Source: an uncultured Geobacter sp.
GTDB lineage: Bacteria; Desulfobacterota; Desulfuromonadia; Geobacterales; CAIOGM01
Length of the DNA stretch: 64,000 nucleotides
Direction of reading: 5' to 3'
Assembly (NCBI GenBank): GCA_903902855.1
Contig: CAIUWK010000056.1
Location: 2,309 to 66,308, forward strand
In this document: positions 19,862 through 29,504 of the stretch, piece by piece
How positions within the stretch are numbered: position 1 is the first letter of the stretch
Layout: each line of letters starts with the position of its first letter
Notes under the pieces: generated by a model
What the model was told of the DNA's origin: nothing
The model's database searches: none
The model's input: the letters and a program-made list of their open reading frames with translations, nothing else
Translations under genes and position numbers: made by a program

Positions 19862-20102
19862 AGAGCTTGAACTGCTTTCGAGGATTGAGGAGCTTGAGCG
19901 TCACACCTGGCGTAACAGCGCCATCCTGAGATCGGTGGCCATGGTTGCCTTCACCGCCATGGTGGGGATCGTCGTCGCCTCGGGGGTCGTGGGTGGCGGT
20001 CGCGGCAGCCACTGGACCGGTCCTGCCTGGAACACCATGTGGCTTTACGGACTGTTCGCCGCCAACGCCGTCTCCATGTTCTGGACCACCCACAAGGAAT
20101 AG
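19851..20102 (+). CDS. Small membrane protein (83 aa, coiled N-terminus plus about two TMs), unknown
   Basis: AAGGAG RBS; two hydrophobic segments; operon context. Confidence 0.7.
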   Translation: MSDRELELLSRIEELERHTWRNSAILRSVAMVAFTAMVGIVVASGVVGGGRGSHWTGPAWNTMWLYGLFAANAVSMFWTTHKE

Positions 20103-20115
20103 AGAGGATACTCCA

Positions 20116-21159
20116 ATGCCCATGTCATTCAAAAACATAATCCTGCTGCTTGTTGTCGTCACCGGCTGTGCCGCCTTCAACATGCAACTTTTCCGTGGTC
20201 TCGACGAGATGATGGGGAATCAGTACTGGGTCATCGACACCACCCAGGGGGACCACGGCTGGTACGCCATGGGAATTCTCCCCCACGTGAAAAAGGTTCC
20301 CAAGGATCTGGTCAAAGCTACCAACACCGACGCCGACCCGAAAAACGATTATATCATCTACGCCCAGGCCGGCGACTTTGCCGGTGAGTCCGTCTACGGC
20401 ATCTGCTTCGGCATCCCGCTCATCATGTACCTGATCTGGTTCGCCTTCATCATCGGCTTCCCGGACAAGGTCGACCCCTATCTTCTGCCGCGCCGGATCT
20501 TCACCATTGCCGTCATCATCTGCTGCTCCGTTATTGCCAATCTTTTCCTCATGAGAATTGCCGCCGACTTTGCCCGGGAACCCATGGCCCGCATCGCCAA
20601 TGTGGCCGGCAACCACGCCTCGCTCCTCTTCCATAACGCCGGAATTTGGTTCGCCATTCTCTTCTCGGCTTTGGGAACCCATACTCACTCCTTCAAGGAG
20701 GTCTCCGCGCCGGACAGCCGCAACTGGCAGAGCCAGGCCAATGAGAAGTTCTCCTGGATGTTCACCCTCCTGGCCGCCGTCACCGTCCTGGAAGTAGTAC
20801 TCGTGAAGCAACATCTCGCCCTTCCCGACTCGGCTGTGGATTACTCCGTCTGGATCATCTGGGTGGTCATCTTCATGCGGATGTACGGCTTCTCCCCCAA
20901 ATACTGGATCAAGCGGGGGCGCGGCATCGCCATCATGATCGGCGGCACCATTGCCACTCTCCCGGTCTTCTATCTGCTGGAGCGGGCCACTGGAACGCTG
21001 GGCGCCGGCTTTGCCTCCCCCATCCTCACCAAGGCTCTTGGGGCGCAAAACGCCAACGTCGGCCTCTCCGCCATGATCTCCATCTATCTGATCTTCTGGA
21101 TGGAGTTTGCCGCGGCCATCAGGATGAACGGCCCCAGGAAGGTGGTTGCCAAGCAGTAA
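20116..21159 (+). CDS. Polytopic membrane protein (347 aa, about 8-9 TMs), unknown
   Basis: GAGGA RBS before ATG at 20116; many hydrophobic segments; strongly C-ending codons; no family recognised. Confidence 0.8.
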   Translation: MPMSFKNIILLLVVVTGCAAFNMQLFRGLDEMMGNQYWVIDTTQGDHGWYAMGILPHVKKVPKDLVKATNTDADPKNDYIIYAQAGDFAGESVYGICFGIPLIMYLIWFAFIIGFPDKVDPYLLPRRIFTIAVIICCSVIANLFLMRIAADFAREPMARIANVAGNHASLLFHNAGIWFAILFSALGTHTHSFKEVSAPDSRNWQSQANEKFSWMFTLLAAVTVLEVVLVKQHLALPDSAVDYSVWIIWVVIFMRMYGFSPKYWIKRGRGIAIMIGGTIATLPVFYLLERATGTLGAGFASPILTKALGAQNANVGLSAMISIYLIFWMEFAAAIRMNGPRKVVAKQ

Positions 21160-21180
21160 GGCCATCGGAATCAGGATGAC

Positions 21181-21212
21181 AAGGGGTGACCAACATGGTC
21201 GCCCCTTTTTTT
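21181..21212 (+). terminator. Rho-independent terminator closing the sigma54 operon
   Basis: AAGGGGTGACCA-ACA-TGGTCGCCCCTT followed by a T-run. Confidence 0.85.
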
Positions 21213-21343
21213 GTTGTTTGGAGACGGTGGGTTTCGGTATACCGAAATGGGGAAAGATGCTATCATTAAGCAGTCTGGGCACCAGCAGGAGACGCAGCCC
21301 GCCAAAGATTACGAACTTTATCAATGATACGAAACGAGGATAA

Positions 21344-22255
21344 ATGCTTACTTTTGTAATGAATGAAAAAGAGCACTCCCGCCGGGTGGACAGCTACCTG
21401 CGCAATCTCCTCCCCACCGCCCCCCTCTCGTACCTCAAGAAACTCCTGACGTCGGGACATGTTCAGGTCAATGATTCGGTACCCGCCGGAGCCGATCTCC
21501 TCCGTCTGGGAGACCGGGTAACGCTGAAGGAGAGCCACCGTCTCACCACACTGCTGGCGGGTCGTCGGGTGGGACTGGATATCCTCTTTGAGGATCAGTG
21601 GATCATGCTCTTCAATAAACCGGGGGGGATGCCCATGCACCGGGCCGCCGAAGTGGACGATCGGAACCTGGTGGACGTGGGAACCCTCCTGATCCGGGGG
21701 CGCGGCGAAGAGGCGAAACTGCGGCCGGTAAACCGGTTGGACCGGGGGACCTCCGGTGCGGTGATCCTGGCCAAGTCACCCAGCGCGGCCGGGATGTTCG
21801 GTCGATTTGTCAAGGAAGAGGGGCTGGACAAACTCTATCTGGCCGTGGTGGCGGGAGAGTTATCCGGTGAGGGGACCATCGACGAACCGTTGGAAGGGAA
21901 AGAGTCCATTACCCGCTACGAGGTTCTCTGTGCGGGCAATGGCATGGCCGTACTGGCGGTGGCTCCGGTGACCGGGAGGATGCACCAGATCCGGCAGCAC
22001 CTGGTCCGTATCGGCCATCCGGTCATGGGAGATGTCCGGTACAAGGGGTACCCCCTTCCTGCGAGCTTCCCCGGTTTCGCCCTGCACTCTTTCAGAACCG
22101 CCTTCACCCATCCGGCCACGGGGGTGCATGAAACCGTCTGCGCACCTCTCCCCGCACAGCTGCAGGAGCTCTGTTCCGGCTGCAACCGTGAAGCGTGGAG
22201 CGACCTGCAGAGCCGAATAGTTGATTTACGTGTAATTACTCAGGCTGAAGGCTGA
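21344..22255 (+). CDS. RluA-family pseudouridine synthase with S4 domain
   Basis: NKPGG, NRLDRGTSG catalytic Asp motif, TGRMHQIR, GDVRY. Confidence 0.9.
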   Translation: MLTFVMNEKEHSRRVDSYLRNLLPTAPLSYLKKLLTSGHVQVNDSVPAGADLLRLGDRVTLKESHRLTTLLAGRRVGLDILFEDQWIMLFNKPGGMPMHRAAEVDDRNLVDVGTLLIRGRGEEAKLRPVNRLDRGTSGAVILAKSPSAAGMFGRFVKEEGLDKLYLAVVAGELSGEGTIDEPLEGKESITRYEVLCAGNGMAVLAVAPVTGRMHQIRQHLVRIGHPVMGDVRYKGYPLPASFPGFALHSFRTAFTHPATGVHETVCAPLPAQLQELCSGCNREAWSDLQSRIVDLRVITQAEG

Positions 22256-22338
22256 AGAGTATCAGGAAAACCTCTGCAAGTTCGATAAAGGTGACCCATA
22301 CGAGACGGGTTTAACCTTCAGTCTTCAGCCTTCAGCCT
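22238..22338. repeat. MITE/REP-like heptamer element, copy 2 (supplies the rluA stop codon)
   Basis: Same arms and core as 5984-6104. Confidence 0.85.
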
Positions 22339-22352
22339 CATACCTTATAACG

Positions 22353-22388
22353 AAAAGAGCTCCCGGATCGTCTCCGGGAGCTCTTTTT
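22353..22388. terminator. Bidirectional terminator between rluA and nifS
   Basis: AAAAGAGCTCCCGGA-TCGTC-TCCGGGAGCTCTTTTT. Confidence 0.85.
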
Positions 22389-22391
22389 CCG

Positions 22392-23558
22392 TTACTTCAA
22401 CAACTCCCTCCCGAAGGGGGAGATCTGTCGGAGACGCTGGATGATGGGTGGTAGCTCCCGGATGACGGCATCGATCTCTTCGTCGGTGGTGAAGCGGGAC
22501 AGGGAAAAACGGATGGAGCCGTGGGCGCAGGTAAAGGGAACCCCCATGGCCCGCAGGACATGGGAGGGCTCCAGAGAGCCGGAGGTACAGGCGCTCCCCG
22601 AAGAGGCGCAGATCCCCTTTTCCGAGAGGAGGAGGAGGATCGCCTCTCCTTCCACGAACTCGAAAGCGATGGAAAGGGTATTGGGAAGCCGTTGAGCCCC
22701 GCCGCCGTTGATCCGGGAGTGGGGGATGATAGCCAGCAACTCCTTCTCCAGCCGGTCCCGCATCCCCAGAACCCGCGTATTCTCGTCCTCCAGCCACTCA
22801 CCGGCCATCTCGCACGCCTTACCCAGGGCGATGATGGCGGCGGTGTTCTCCGTCCCGGCCCGGCGGCTTCGTTCCTGATGCCCCCCCACCAGAAACGGTC
22901 TGAACGGGGTTCCCTTGCGCAGATAGAGAATGCCGATCCCCTTGGGGGCATGCAGCTTGTGCCCCGAGAGGGAGAGCATATCCACCGTGGAGGTTGCCAT
23001 GTTCAGGGGAATCTTCCCCACAGCCTGCACCGCGTCCGTATGAAAGAGCGCCCCCTGCTCCTTGACGATGGCGCCGATCTCCTCGATGGGGAACACAACA
23101 CCGGTCTCGTTGTTGGCCCACATGACGGAAACGATGGCGGTGTCGTCGTCGATGGCCTTCTTCAGCTCATCCAGGTCAAGGCGACCGGCGCCGTCAACCC
23201 CCAACTCCGTGACCCGGTACCCCTTCTTGGTGAGCCCGCGGCAGAGAGTCAGCACCGCCGGGTGCTCCACCCGGGTGGTGATGATATGACGCCGGTCCGG
23301 AAAGGTCTCCAGGGCCGAACGGATGGCGGTGTTGTCGCTCTCGGTGCCGCAGGCGGTGAAGATGATCTCCGAAGGGTCGGCCCCCAGCAGGGCAGCCACC
23401 CGTTTGCGGGCCTCGTCCACCTTCTTCTGAACCTGCCCGCCGAAGAAGTGCATGGAGCTGGGATTACCGTAGAATTCGCAGAGATAGGGACGCATCTCCT
23501 CAAAGACCGCCTCATCCACCTTGGTGGTGGCGTTGTTGTCCAGATAGTTTTCTTTCAT
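22392..23558 (-). CDS. nifS: Cysteine desulfurase NifS
   Basis: YLDNNATT, HTDAVQ, SGHKLHAPKG, SSGSACTS. Confidence 0.93.
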   Translation of the reverse strand: MKENYLDNNATTKVDEAVFEEMRPYLCEFYGNPSSMHFFGGQVQKKVDEARKRVAALLGADPSEIIFTACGTESDNTAIRSALETFPDRRHIITTRVEHPAVLTLCRGLTKKGYRVTELGVDGAGRLDLDELKKAIDDDTAIVSVMWANNETGVVFPIEEIGAIVKEQGALFHTDAVQAVGKIPLNMATSTVDMLSLSGHKLHAPKGIGILYLRKGTPFRPFLVGGHQERSRRAGTENTAAIIALGKACEMAGEWLEDENTRVLGMRDRLEKELLAIIPHSRINGGGAQRLPNTLSIAFEFVEGEAILLLLSEKGICASSGSACTSGSLEPSHVLRAMGVPFTCAHGSIRFSLSRFTTDEEIDAVIRELPPIIQRLRQISPFGRELLK

Positions 23559-24412
23559 CCCTCCACCTCCTCCACCACGATATCACTGCTCACCATGTCG
23601 CGCAGCTTCTGCTCCACAAACTTGGCGGTATGCCCCGACGAGTGGCAACCGGCGCAGGCCTTGCGAAAGGCGATCTGCACGGTGGAACCGGCGATATCCA
23701 CCAGCTCCAGGTCGCCGCCATCGGCCCAGAGCTGCGGCCGGACCTCGTTCTCCAGCACCTCCTGGATGAGCTGCATCTTGCGCAGGTTGGTGAGCTTCTC
23801 CTGCTTCTTGGGGGGGGGCGCGGGCTGCTCACCCAGGACTTGGGCGATGATATCCTTAATCTGGGGGATACAGCCGCCGCAGGCGCCGCCGGCCTTGGTG
23901 AAGTGGGTCACCTGTTCGGCGGTATGGAGCCGGTTCTGCTCAATGACTTTTCTCAGGAAGCCGTCGGTGAGGCCGAAGCATTTGCAGACCACCTCCCCCT
24001 CCTGCTCATGAGCGTGATCATGGCCATGGGTCGGCGCCGGTCCCCCCCGGTAGGTGACGATGGCCAACTCCAGGGCCTCCTGCCCCATGACCGAACAGTG
24101 CATCTTCTCCTCGGGAAGCCCCCCCAGATAGTCGGCAATCTCCTGGTTGGTCACGGCCAAGGCCTCATCCAGGGTCTTCCCCTTGATCATCTCGGTGAGG
24201 GCCGAGGAGGAAGCGATGGCGCTGCCACAGCCGAAGGTCTGGAAGGTGGCCTGAACGATCCGCTCTTTGGCGTCGTCAAGTTTGATAAAGAGTTTCAGGG
24301 CGTCGCCACAGGCGAGGCTCCCCACCTCACCCACGGCATCGGCGTCAGGTATGTCACCCACGTTACGCGGGTTGAGAAAATGTTCTTTGACCTTGTCGGT
24401 ATAATCCCACAC
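23555..24412 (-). CDS. nifU: Fe-S scaffold NifU (three domains)
   Basis: WDYTDKVKEHF, ACGD, FGCGSA, KMHCSV, CKC/CGGC, Nfu CAGC; GTG at 24412 follows GGAGG. Confidence 0.93.
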   Translation of the reverse strand: MWDYTDKVKEHFLNPRNVGDIPDADAVGEVGSLACGDALKLFIKLDDAKERIVQATFQTFGCGSAIASSSALTEMIKGKTLDEALAVTNQEIADYLGGLPEEKMHCSVMGQEALELAIVTYRGGPAPTHGHDHAHEQEGEVVCKCFGLTDGFLRKVIEQNRLHTAEQVTHFTKAGGACGGCIPQIKDIIAQVLGEQPAPPPKKQEKLTNLRKMQLIQEVLENEVRPQLWADGGDLELVDIAGSTVQIAFRKACAGCHSSGHTAKFVEQKLRDMVSSDIVVEEVEG

Positions 24413-24517
24413 GGTAAAACCTCCTGATTTTGATAATGAGAAGAGACGAGGCAACTATACCCCATCATTTCTCGTTTTGTCCAGCCGATAGTGTACTCTT
24501 TTTGTAGGGTATTAGCC

Positions 24518-25258
24518 TCATACCTTCTTTTTCCCTTCAAAAGTCCCGGTGGCCCAGTCGATCTGGGTCATCATCCCCCTGAGGATGGTGACTTCACGGC
24601 TGTCCATCTCCGCCCGAAAGAGGATACGGCGCAGACTCCGCATGATGTGGTCCGGGTTCTGAGGGTTGAGAAAGCCGATCTTCAGGAGTACCTCCTCCAT
24701 CTGACCGAAATAGCTCTCCAGTTCGCCGCCGGTGGCCTGTTTCCGCGGCTCTTCTTCCAGGGTGAAGCTCCCGGAACGGGTAAAAATCTCGTAGCAGAAG
24801 AGGAGAACAGCCTGGGAGAGATTCAGTGAACCATACTCCTCACTGGTGGGGATGGTGGCGTTCCAACTGCAGAGGGAGAGCTCCCCGGTGGTCAGTCCGC
24901 TATCCTCCCGACCGAAGACCAGGGCGGCCCGGTGACTCCCCAACTGGGGGAGGAGACGCTCCGCCGCCTCGCCGGCGGTGAGGATCTCTTGCCGGTACTT
25001 GCCGTGGCGGCGGGTGGTGGCGATGGAGATCTCCCTGTCAGCCAAGGCATCGGCCAGACTCTCGTATCTCTGGGCCGTCCCCAGGAGATCCCCGGCGGAG
25101 ACGGCGAATTTCACCGCATCCGGATGGTCGATGCGGCACCCCTTCACGATCCGGAGACGGGTGAGCCCCATGTTTTTCATGGCTCGACAGACCATCCCCA
25201 CATTGCCGGGATGCTGCGGTTCCACGAGGACGATACTGATGTTATCCAGAGGATTCAT
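24518..25258 (-). CDS. trmJ: TrmJ/LasT SPOUT RNA methyltransferase
   Basis: VEPQHPGNVG..RAMKNMG, VFGREDSGL, SLNLSQAV. Confidence 0.85.
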   Translation of the reverse strand: MNPLDNISIVLVEPQHPGNVGMVCRAMKNMGLTRLRIVKGCRIDHPDAVKFAVSAGDLLGTAQRYESLADALADREISIATTRRHGKYRQEILTAGEAAERLLPQLGSHRAALVFGREDSGLTTGELSLCSWNATIPTSEEYGSLNLSQAVLLFCYEIFTRSGSFTLEEEPRKQATGGELESYFGQMEEVLLKIGFLNPQNPDHIMRSLRRILFRAEMDSREVTILRGMMTQIDWATGTFEGKKKV

Positions 25259-25875
25259 GATCGATGGCGCTCCTTCATCCGCCGGAGTCGGGCCCGGGCC
25301 GGACGCCGCCGCCACCAGGAGTAAACGAAATGGGAGAGCCAGACACAGGCGATGAGTCCGGCGAGGATAAGGATCAGATAGTGCTCACAACGGCCGACAT
25401 CCTCCACAAAGAGCGACGCCCCGGCGCCGAAGAAATAACCTACCAGTGAGAAGATGGTTGCCCAGGCCAGGGCGCTCAAGGCGTTCAGCCGGCAGAATTT
25501 CCAGGAGGGGAAGGTGGTCATCCCCAGGATGAGCGGGAGGACGATGCGGAAGCCGTAGGTATAGCGGGAGACGAAGGCGACAAAGGTCCCGTATTTTTCA
25601 ATGAGACGCAACGCTTTCCGGAACTTGCGTGCCAGGAGGTGGGAGTGCCCCACCAGGAAATCCCCCTTGAGCCGCCCCAGGTGAAAATAGAACTGATCCC
25701 CGAAGAAGGCCCCGGCGCAAGAGGTGGCGATGATCCCCGGCAGGGTAAAGTATCCCTGATAGGCGAAGAACCCTGCCAGAATCAGGCCGGCCTCCCCCTC
25801 AAGAAAGGTCCAGATAAAGAGGACCCAGTAGCCGTGAACCTGGAGCTGTTCCCTGAGAAGCTGCTGAAAATGCAC
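25255..25875 (-). CDS. DedA family membrane protein
   Basis: FLEGE, GDQFYF, SRYTYGFR motifs. Confidence 0.88.
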   Translation of the reverse strand: MHFQQLLREQLQVHGYWVLFIWTFLEGEAGLILAGFFAYQGYFTLPGIIATSCAGAFFGDQFYFHLGRLKGDFLVGHSHLLARKFRKALRLIEKYGTFVAFVSRYTYGFRIVLPLILGMTTFPSWKFCRLNALSALAWATIFSLVGYFFGAGASLFVEDVGRCEHYLILILAGLIACVWLSHFVYSWWRRRPARARLRRMKERHRS

Positions 25876-25878
25876 GGA

Positions 25879-26691
25879 TCAGGCCTGAAGTGCTCGGGAG
25901 AGTCGGGCAAACTCCTCCAGAGAGAGGGTCTCGCCCCGACGTCCCGGGTCGATGCCGCAGACATCAAGGTGAGCGCGGAGGAAGCCGTCGTCGGCGGCGA
26001 ACTGTCCCTTCAGGCAGTTCCAGAGGGTCTTGCGGCGGTTGCCGAAGGCGGACTTCACCAGTCGCCGGAAGAAAGCTTCGTCCCCCACCTGGAAACGGGG
26101 GGCAGGCAGAGGGGTCAACCGGAGAATGGCTGAAGAGACCTTGGGGACGGGATTGAACGAGCCCGGCTTCACGGTAAAGGCCAGGTTGACATCGCAGTGG
26201 AGAGCGCAGAAAACCGAAAGGATGCCGTACTCCTTCTCCTCGGGTCCTGAGGCGATTCGCTCCGCCACCTCCTTCTGGAGCATGAGGGTGAGCCCGGAAA
26301 AGAGGGTGATCTGGTCCAGGAGGAGAAACAAAACTTGGGAGGAGATGTTATAGGGGAGATTGGCCACCACCCGCCACGGCCCCGGATGACGACTGGAGAG
26401 GAGCGCGGGGAGGTCGCACCGGAGGATGTCGGACGAAATGATCTCCACCCCCGGTTCAGCGCCGAACTCGGCGACAAGAAGCGCCACCAGATCGCGATCC
26501 ACCTCCACCGCCACCAACTGTCCGGCCGCGGCAGCCAGAAGGCGGGTCAGAGCCCCACGCCCCGGACCTATCTCCAGGAGCGGTTCGCCGGAGCGGATGC
26601 CGGCGCTCTGCACGATCCGGTGCAGCACGTTGATGTCCGTTAGAAAATTCTGACCGTACCGCTTCCGCGGGGGGGGGATTACACCGATCAT
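25879..26691 (-). CDS. rsmA: 16S rRNA m6,2A dimethyltransferase
   Basis: GQNFL, EIGPGRG, VANLPYNI, LQKEVAER; ATGA overlap with tsaD. Confidence 0.93.
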   Translation of the reverse strand: MIGVIPPPRKRYGQNFLTDINVLHRIVQSAGIRSGEPLLEIGPGRGALTRLLAAAAGQLVAVEVDRDLVALLVAEFGAEPGVEIISSDILRCDLPALLSSRHPGPWRVVANLPYNISSQVLFLLLDQITLFSGLTLMLQKEVAERIASGPEEKEYGILSVFCALHCDVNLAFTVKPGSFNPVPKVSSAILRLTPLPAPRFQVGDEAFFRRLVKSAFGNRRKTLWNCLKGQFAADDGFLRAHLDVCGIDPGRRGETLSLEEFARLSRALQA

Positions 26692-27719
26692 AGGTTCCAC
26701 CGTTGTCTGGTGACCATGGGGAGTGGCCAGGTAGCCACCGCATCCAGGGTGAGGTCGTCGGTCATGCCGTTCTCCAGATAGAAGTCACCGGCCACGGCGA
26801 TCATGGCGGCGTTGTCGGTACAGAGGAGCGGCGACGGGATGAAGAGCTCCACGCCGCTCCGTCGGGAAAGCCCGGCCATCCCTGCACGGAGCCCGCTGTT
26901 GGAGGCCACGCCGCCGGCCACCACCAACCGGGAGATCCCCTGGTCAGCCAGCGCCGCCGCGGTTTTGGCCACAAGAACCTCGGTTACCGCCGCCTGGAAC
27001 GAGGCGCAGAGATCTCGCAGCGGTTCTCCCTCCTTGACGCCGTCACCTTCACGCCGGACAAGAGTGGCTACGGCGGTCTTGAGGCCGCTGAAGCTGAAGT
27101 TAAAGCTCCCATCCCTCAGGAGTGGCCGGGGGAGCGAATACCGTCCGGGGTTCCCCTCCCCTGCCAACCGATCGATGACCATCCCTCCCGGATATCCCAG
27201 CCCCAGAAGGGTTGCGGTCTTGTCGAACGCCTCCCCGGCGGCATCGTCCAGGGTCTGTCCCAGTTGGCTATAACGGCCGATACCATCCACTCGATAGAGA
27301 TGGGTATGGCCGCCGGAGACCACCAGGGCCAGGAAGGGGAAGGGGGCCGACCGCTCCAGAAAGCCGGCAAGGAGGTGCCCCTCGATATGGTGTACCCCCA
27401 CAAAGGGGAGGTTCCGGACAAAGGCGATCCCCTTGGCAGCGGAAAGACCCACCAGGAGCGCCCCCACAAGCCCCGGCCCCTTGGTGGCCACGATCCCCTG
27501 AATATCATCCAGGGTGACACCGGCCTGGGAGAGAGCTTCGGAGATGACCGGAATAACCGCCTCCAGATGCTTGCGCGAGGCGATCTCCGGCACCACGCCG
27601 CCGTATTCGGCATGAATCGCCACCTGGGATGAGATCACATTCCCCAGAATTTTACGACCGTCTTGCACCACTGCCGCGGCCGTCTCGTCACAGGATGTCT
27701 CTATTGATAGGGTCAGCAT
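26688..27719 (-). CDS. tsaD: tRNA t6A synthesis protein TsaD
   Basis: IETSCDET, GGVVPEIASR, HHIEGH, VSGGHT, DDAAGEAFDK, DNAAMI. Confidence 0.96.
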   Translation of the reverse strand: MLTLSIETSCDETAAAVVQDGRKILGNVISSQVAIHAEYGGVVPEIASRKHLEAVIPVISEALSQAGVTLDDIQGIVATKGPGLVGALLVGLSAAKGIAFVRNLPFVGVHHIEGHLLAGFLERSAPFPFLALVVSGGHTHLYRVDGIGRYSQLGQTLDDAAGEAFDKTATLLGLGYPGGMVIDRLAGEGNPGRYSLPRPLLRDGSFNFSFSGLKTAVATLVRREGDGVKEGEPLRDLCASFQAAVTEVLVAKTAAALADQGISRLVVAGGVASNSGLRAGMAGLSRRSGVELFIPSPLLCTDNAAMIAVAGDFYLENGMTDDLTLDAVATWPLPMVTRQRWNL

Positions 27720-27733
27720 ACAATCCGTTATAA

Positions 27734-27798
27734 GTTCGGGGTTCGGGGTTCGGGGTTCGGGGTTCTAGGTTCTAGGTTTTATACCTAGAACGTAGAAC
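27734..27798. repeat. Heptamer tandem array with short inverted arm
   Basis: (GTTCGGG)4(GTTCTAG)2 followed by CTAGAAC-GTAGAAC. Confidence 0.8.
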
Positions 27799-27803
27799 AG
27801 CTA

Positions 27804-29123
27804 TCAAAGAAGATTTGCCGCCAGTTCCGCCAGTTCGGAGCGCTCACCCTTGGTCATGAAGATGTGCCCGGAGATCTGCTGCTCCTTGAACCGCTCCACC
27901 ACATAGGTCAGGCCGTTGCTGGAGGCGTCCACGTAGGGGTTGTCGATCTGGAACGGGTCACCGGTGAGAACGATCTTGGTCCCCTCCCCGGCCCGGGTGA
28001 TGATGGTCTTGATCTCATGGGGGGTCAGGTTCTGGGCCTCGTCCACGATGAGGAACTGGTTGGGAATGGAGCGCCCCCGGATGTAGGTGAGGGGCTCGAT
28101 CTCCAGTATTCCCATGTTCATCAGCTCCCGGTACCCCTTGCTCTGCTGCCGCTTCTCCCCCTCGTGACCGGCCAGGAGGAGTTCCACATTGTCGAAGATC
28201 GGCTGCATCCAGGGGGCCAGCTTCTCTTCGATATCACCGGGAAGGAACCCGATATCCTTTCCCATGGGAAAGACCGGCCTGGAAACCAGGAGCCGGTTAT
28301 AGACATTCTCCTCGGCAACCTTCTGCAAGCCTGCGGCAATGGCCAGGAGGGTCTTGCCGGTTCCGGCCTTCCCCACCAGGGTCACCAGTTTCACCGAATC
28401 GTCCAGGAGCGCATCCAGGGCAAAGGACTGCTCCTTGTTCCGCGGGGTGATCCCCCAGATCCCTTCCCGGGGGGGAATCTTCACCAGCGATGTCAGCCGC
28501 CCCTGCTTGACATCATTACGGAAGATGGCCGTATGCAGGGGGTTGCCGGCGTCGCGGAGTACCACGTACTGGTTGGGCAACAACCCCGGGATCGGCTCCC
28601 CCCACCCCTGGCCATAAGCACGGTCGATGGTTGCGCCGTCACGCTCCACTTCCACAAAACCGGTGTAGAGATCCTGAATATCCACCTTGTCCGATTCGTA
28701 ATCCTCGGCCACCAGCCCCAGGGTATCCGCCTTGATCCTCAGGTTGGTATCCTTGGTGACAAAAATGACGGAACTTCCGGCATTTTTCAGTTTGATGGCC
28801 ACCGCCAGGATACGATTATCCCCCCGCTCCTCCCGGAGTTCATGGGGGAGCCCTTTCATGGCCGACTCTTCGTACATCTCCACCCGGAGAGAGCCGCCGT
28901 TGTCCAGGAGTACCCCGGTGGCCAGGGAGCCCATTTTCCGGAGATCATCCACGATGCGCGAGAACTGGCGGGCATTACGGCCGGTCTCGTTCATATCCTT
29001 CTTGAACCGGTCGATCTCTTCGATGACCGTCATGGGGATGATGAGGCAGTTGTCCTGAAACTTGAAGATTGCCTGGGGATCATAGAGGAGGACGTTGGTG
29101 TCGAGAACGAAATTTTTGATCAT
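27804..29123 (-). CDS. PIN-PhoH (PhoH2/YlaK-like) protein
   Basis: VLDTNVL PIN domain; GKAGTGKT Walker A; RGRS; DEAQN. Confidence 0.92.
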   Translation of the reverse strand: MIKNFVLDTNVLLYDPQAIFKFQDNCLIIPMTVIEEIDRFKKDMNETGRNARQFSRIVDDLRKMGSLATGVLLDNGGSLRVEMYEESAMKGLPHELREERGDNRILAVAIKLKNAGSSVIFVTKDTNLRIKADTLGLVAEDYESDKVDIQDLYTGFVEVERDGATIDRAYGQGWGEPIPGLLPNQYVVLRDAGNPLHTAIFRNDVKQGRLTSLVKIPPREGIWGITPRNKEQSFALDALLDDSVKLVTLVGKAGTGKTLLAIAAGLQKVAEENVYNRLLVSRPVFPMGKDIGFLPGDIEEKLAPWMQPIFDNVELLLAGHEGEKRQQSKGYRELMNMGILEIEPLTYIRGRSIPNQFLIVDEAQNLTPHEIKTIITRAGEGTKIVLTGDPFQIDNPYVDASSNGLTYVVERFKEQQISGHIFMTKGERSELAELAANLL

Positions 29124-29188
29124 GGGGAACTCCTTTCGGGACTATGTAAATAAGCCACCACCAGACGCGAAAAAAACAATGCTCAATT

Positions 29189-29498
29189 TTACAGGGATAT
29201 ACAGGATGAACAGGATGGTTACTCTGTTACCAGGACACTTCCTGCCCAGCATGCATAGCTTTCAACAAAAAGATTCAAGCCTTTGCCTTCCTCTGCGAGA
29301 GACAATTTCAACCTGAAAAAAGCGGTTCACCACAGAGTCACAGAGACCACTGAGATAAAGCATTGGTAAATCTCAGAGTTATAACATCTTCGTTCTTGAT
29401 CTTGGATCCACCCGGAAGGTGAGCGGTTGCACTACGTCTTCACCAATTTTTTCTCTGTGTTCTCTGTGACTCTGTGGTGTAAATGCCTTTTTTAGGTT
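29189..29498. repeat. Stack of three palindromic repeat families
   Basis: ACAGGGAT/ACAGGAT arm (29189-29217); CTCTGCGAGAGAC (29291); full element AACCTGAAAAAAGCGGTTCACCACAGAGTCACAGAG ... CTCTGTGACTCTGTGGTG..TTTTTTAGGTT (29310-29498). Confidence 0.8.
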
Positions 29499-29504
29499 CA
29501 ATAC

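Noticed and set aside
22392..24412. nifU-nifS as evidence of a nitrogenase cluster
   Set aside because: No nifHDK nearby and the context is housekeeping; most likely a general NIF-type Fe-S assembly system
27734..27798. Tandem arrays as a possible CRISPR
   Set aside because: Units are 7-9 nt with no unique spacers, and there are no cas genes
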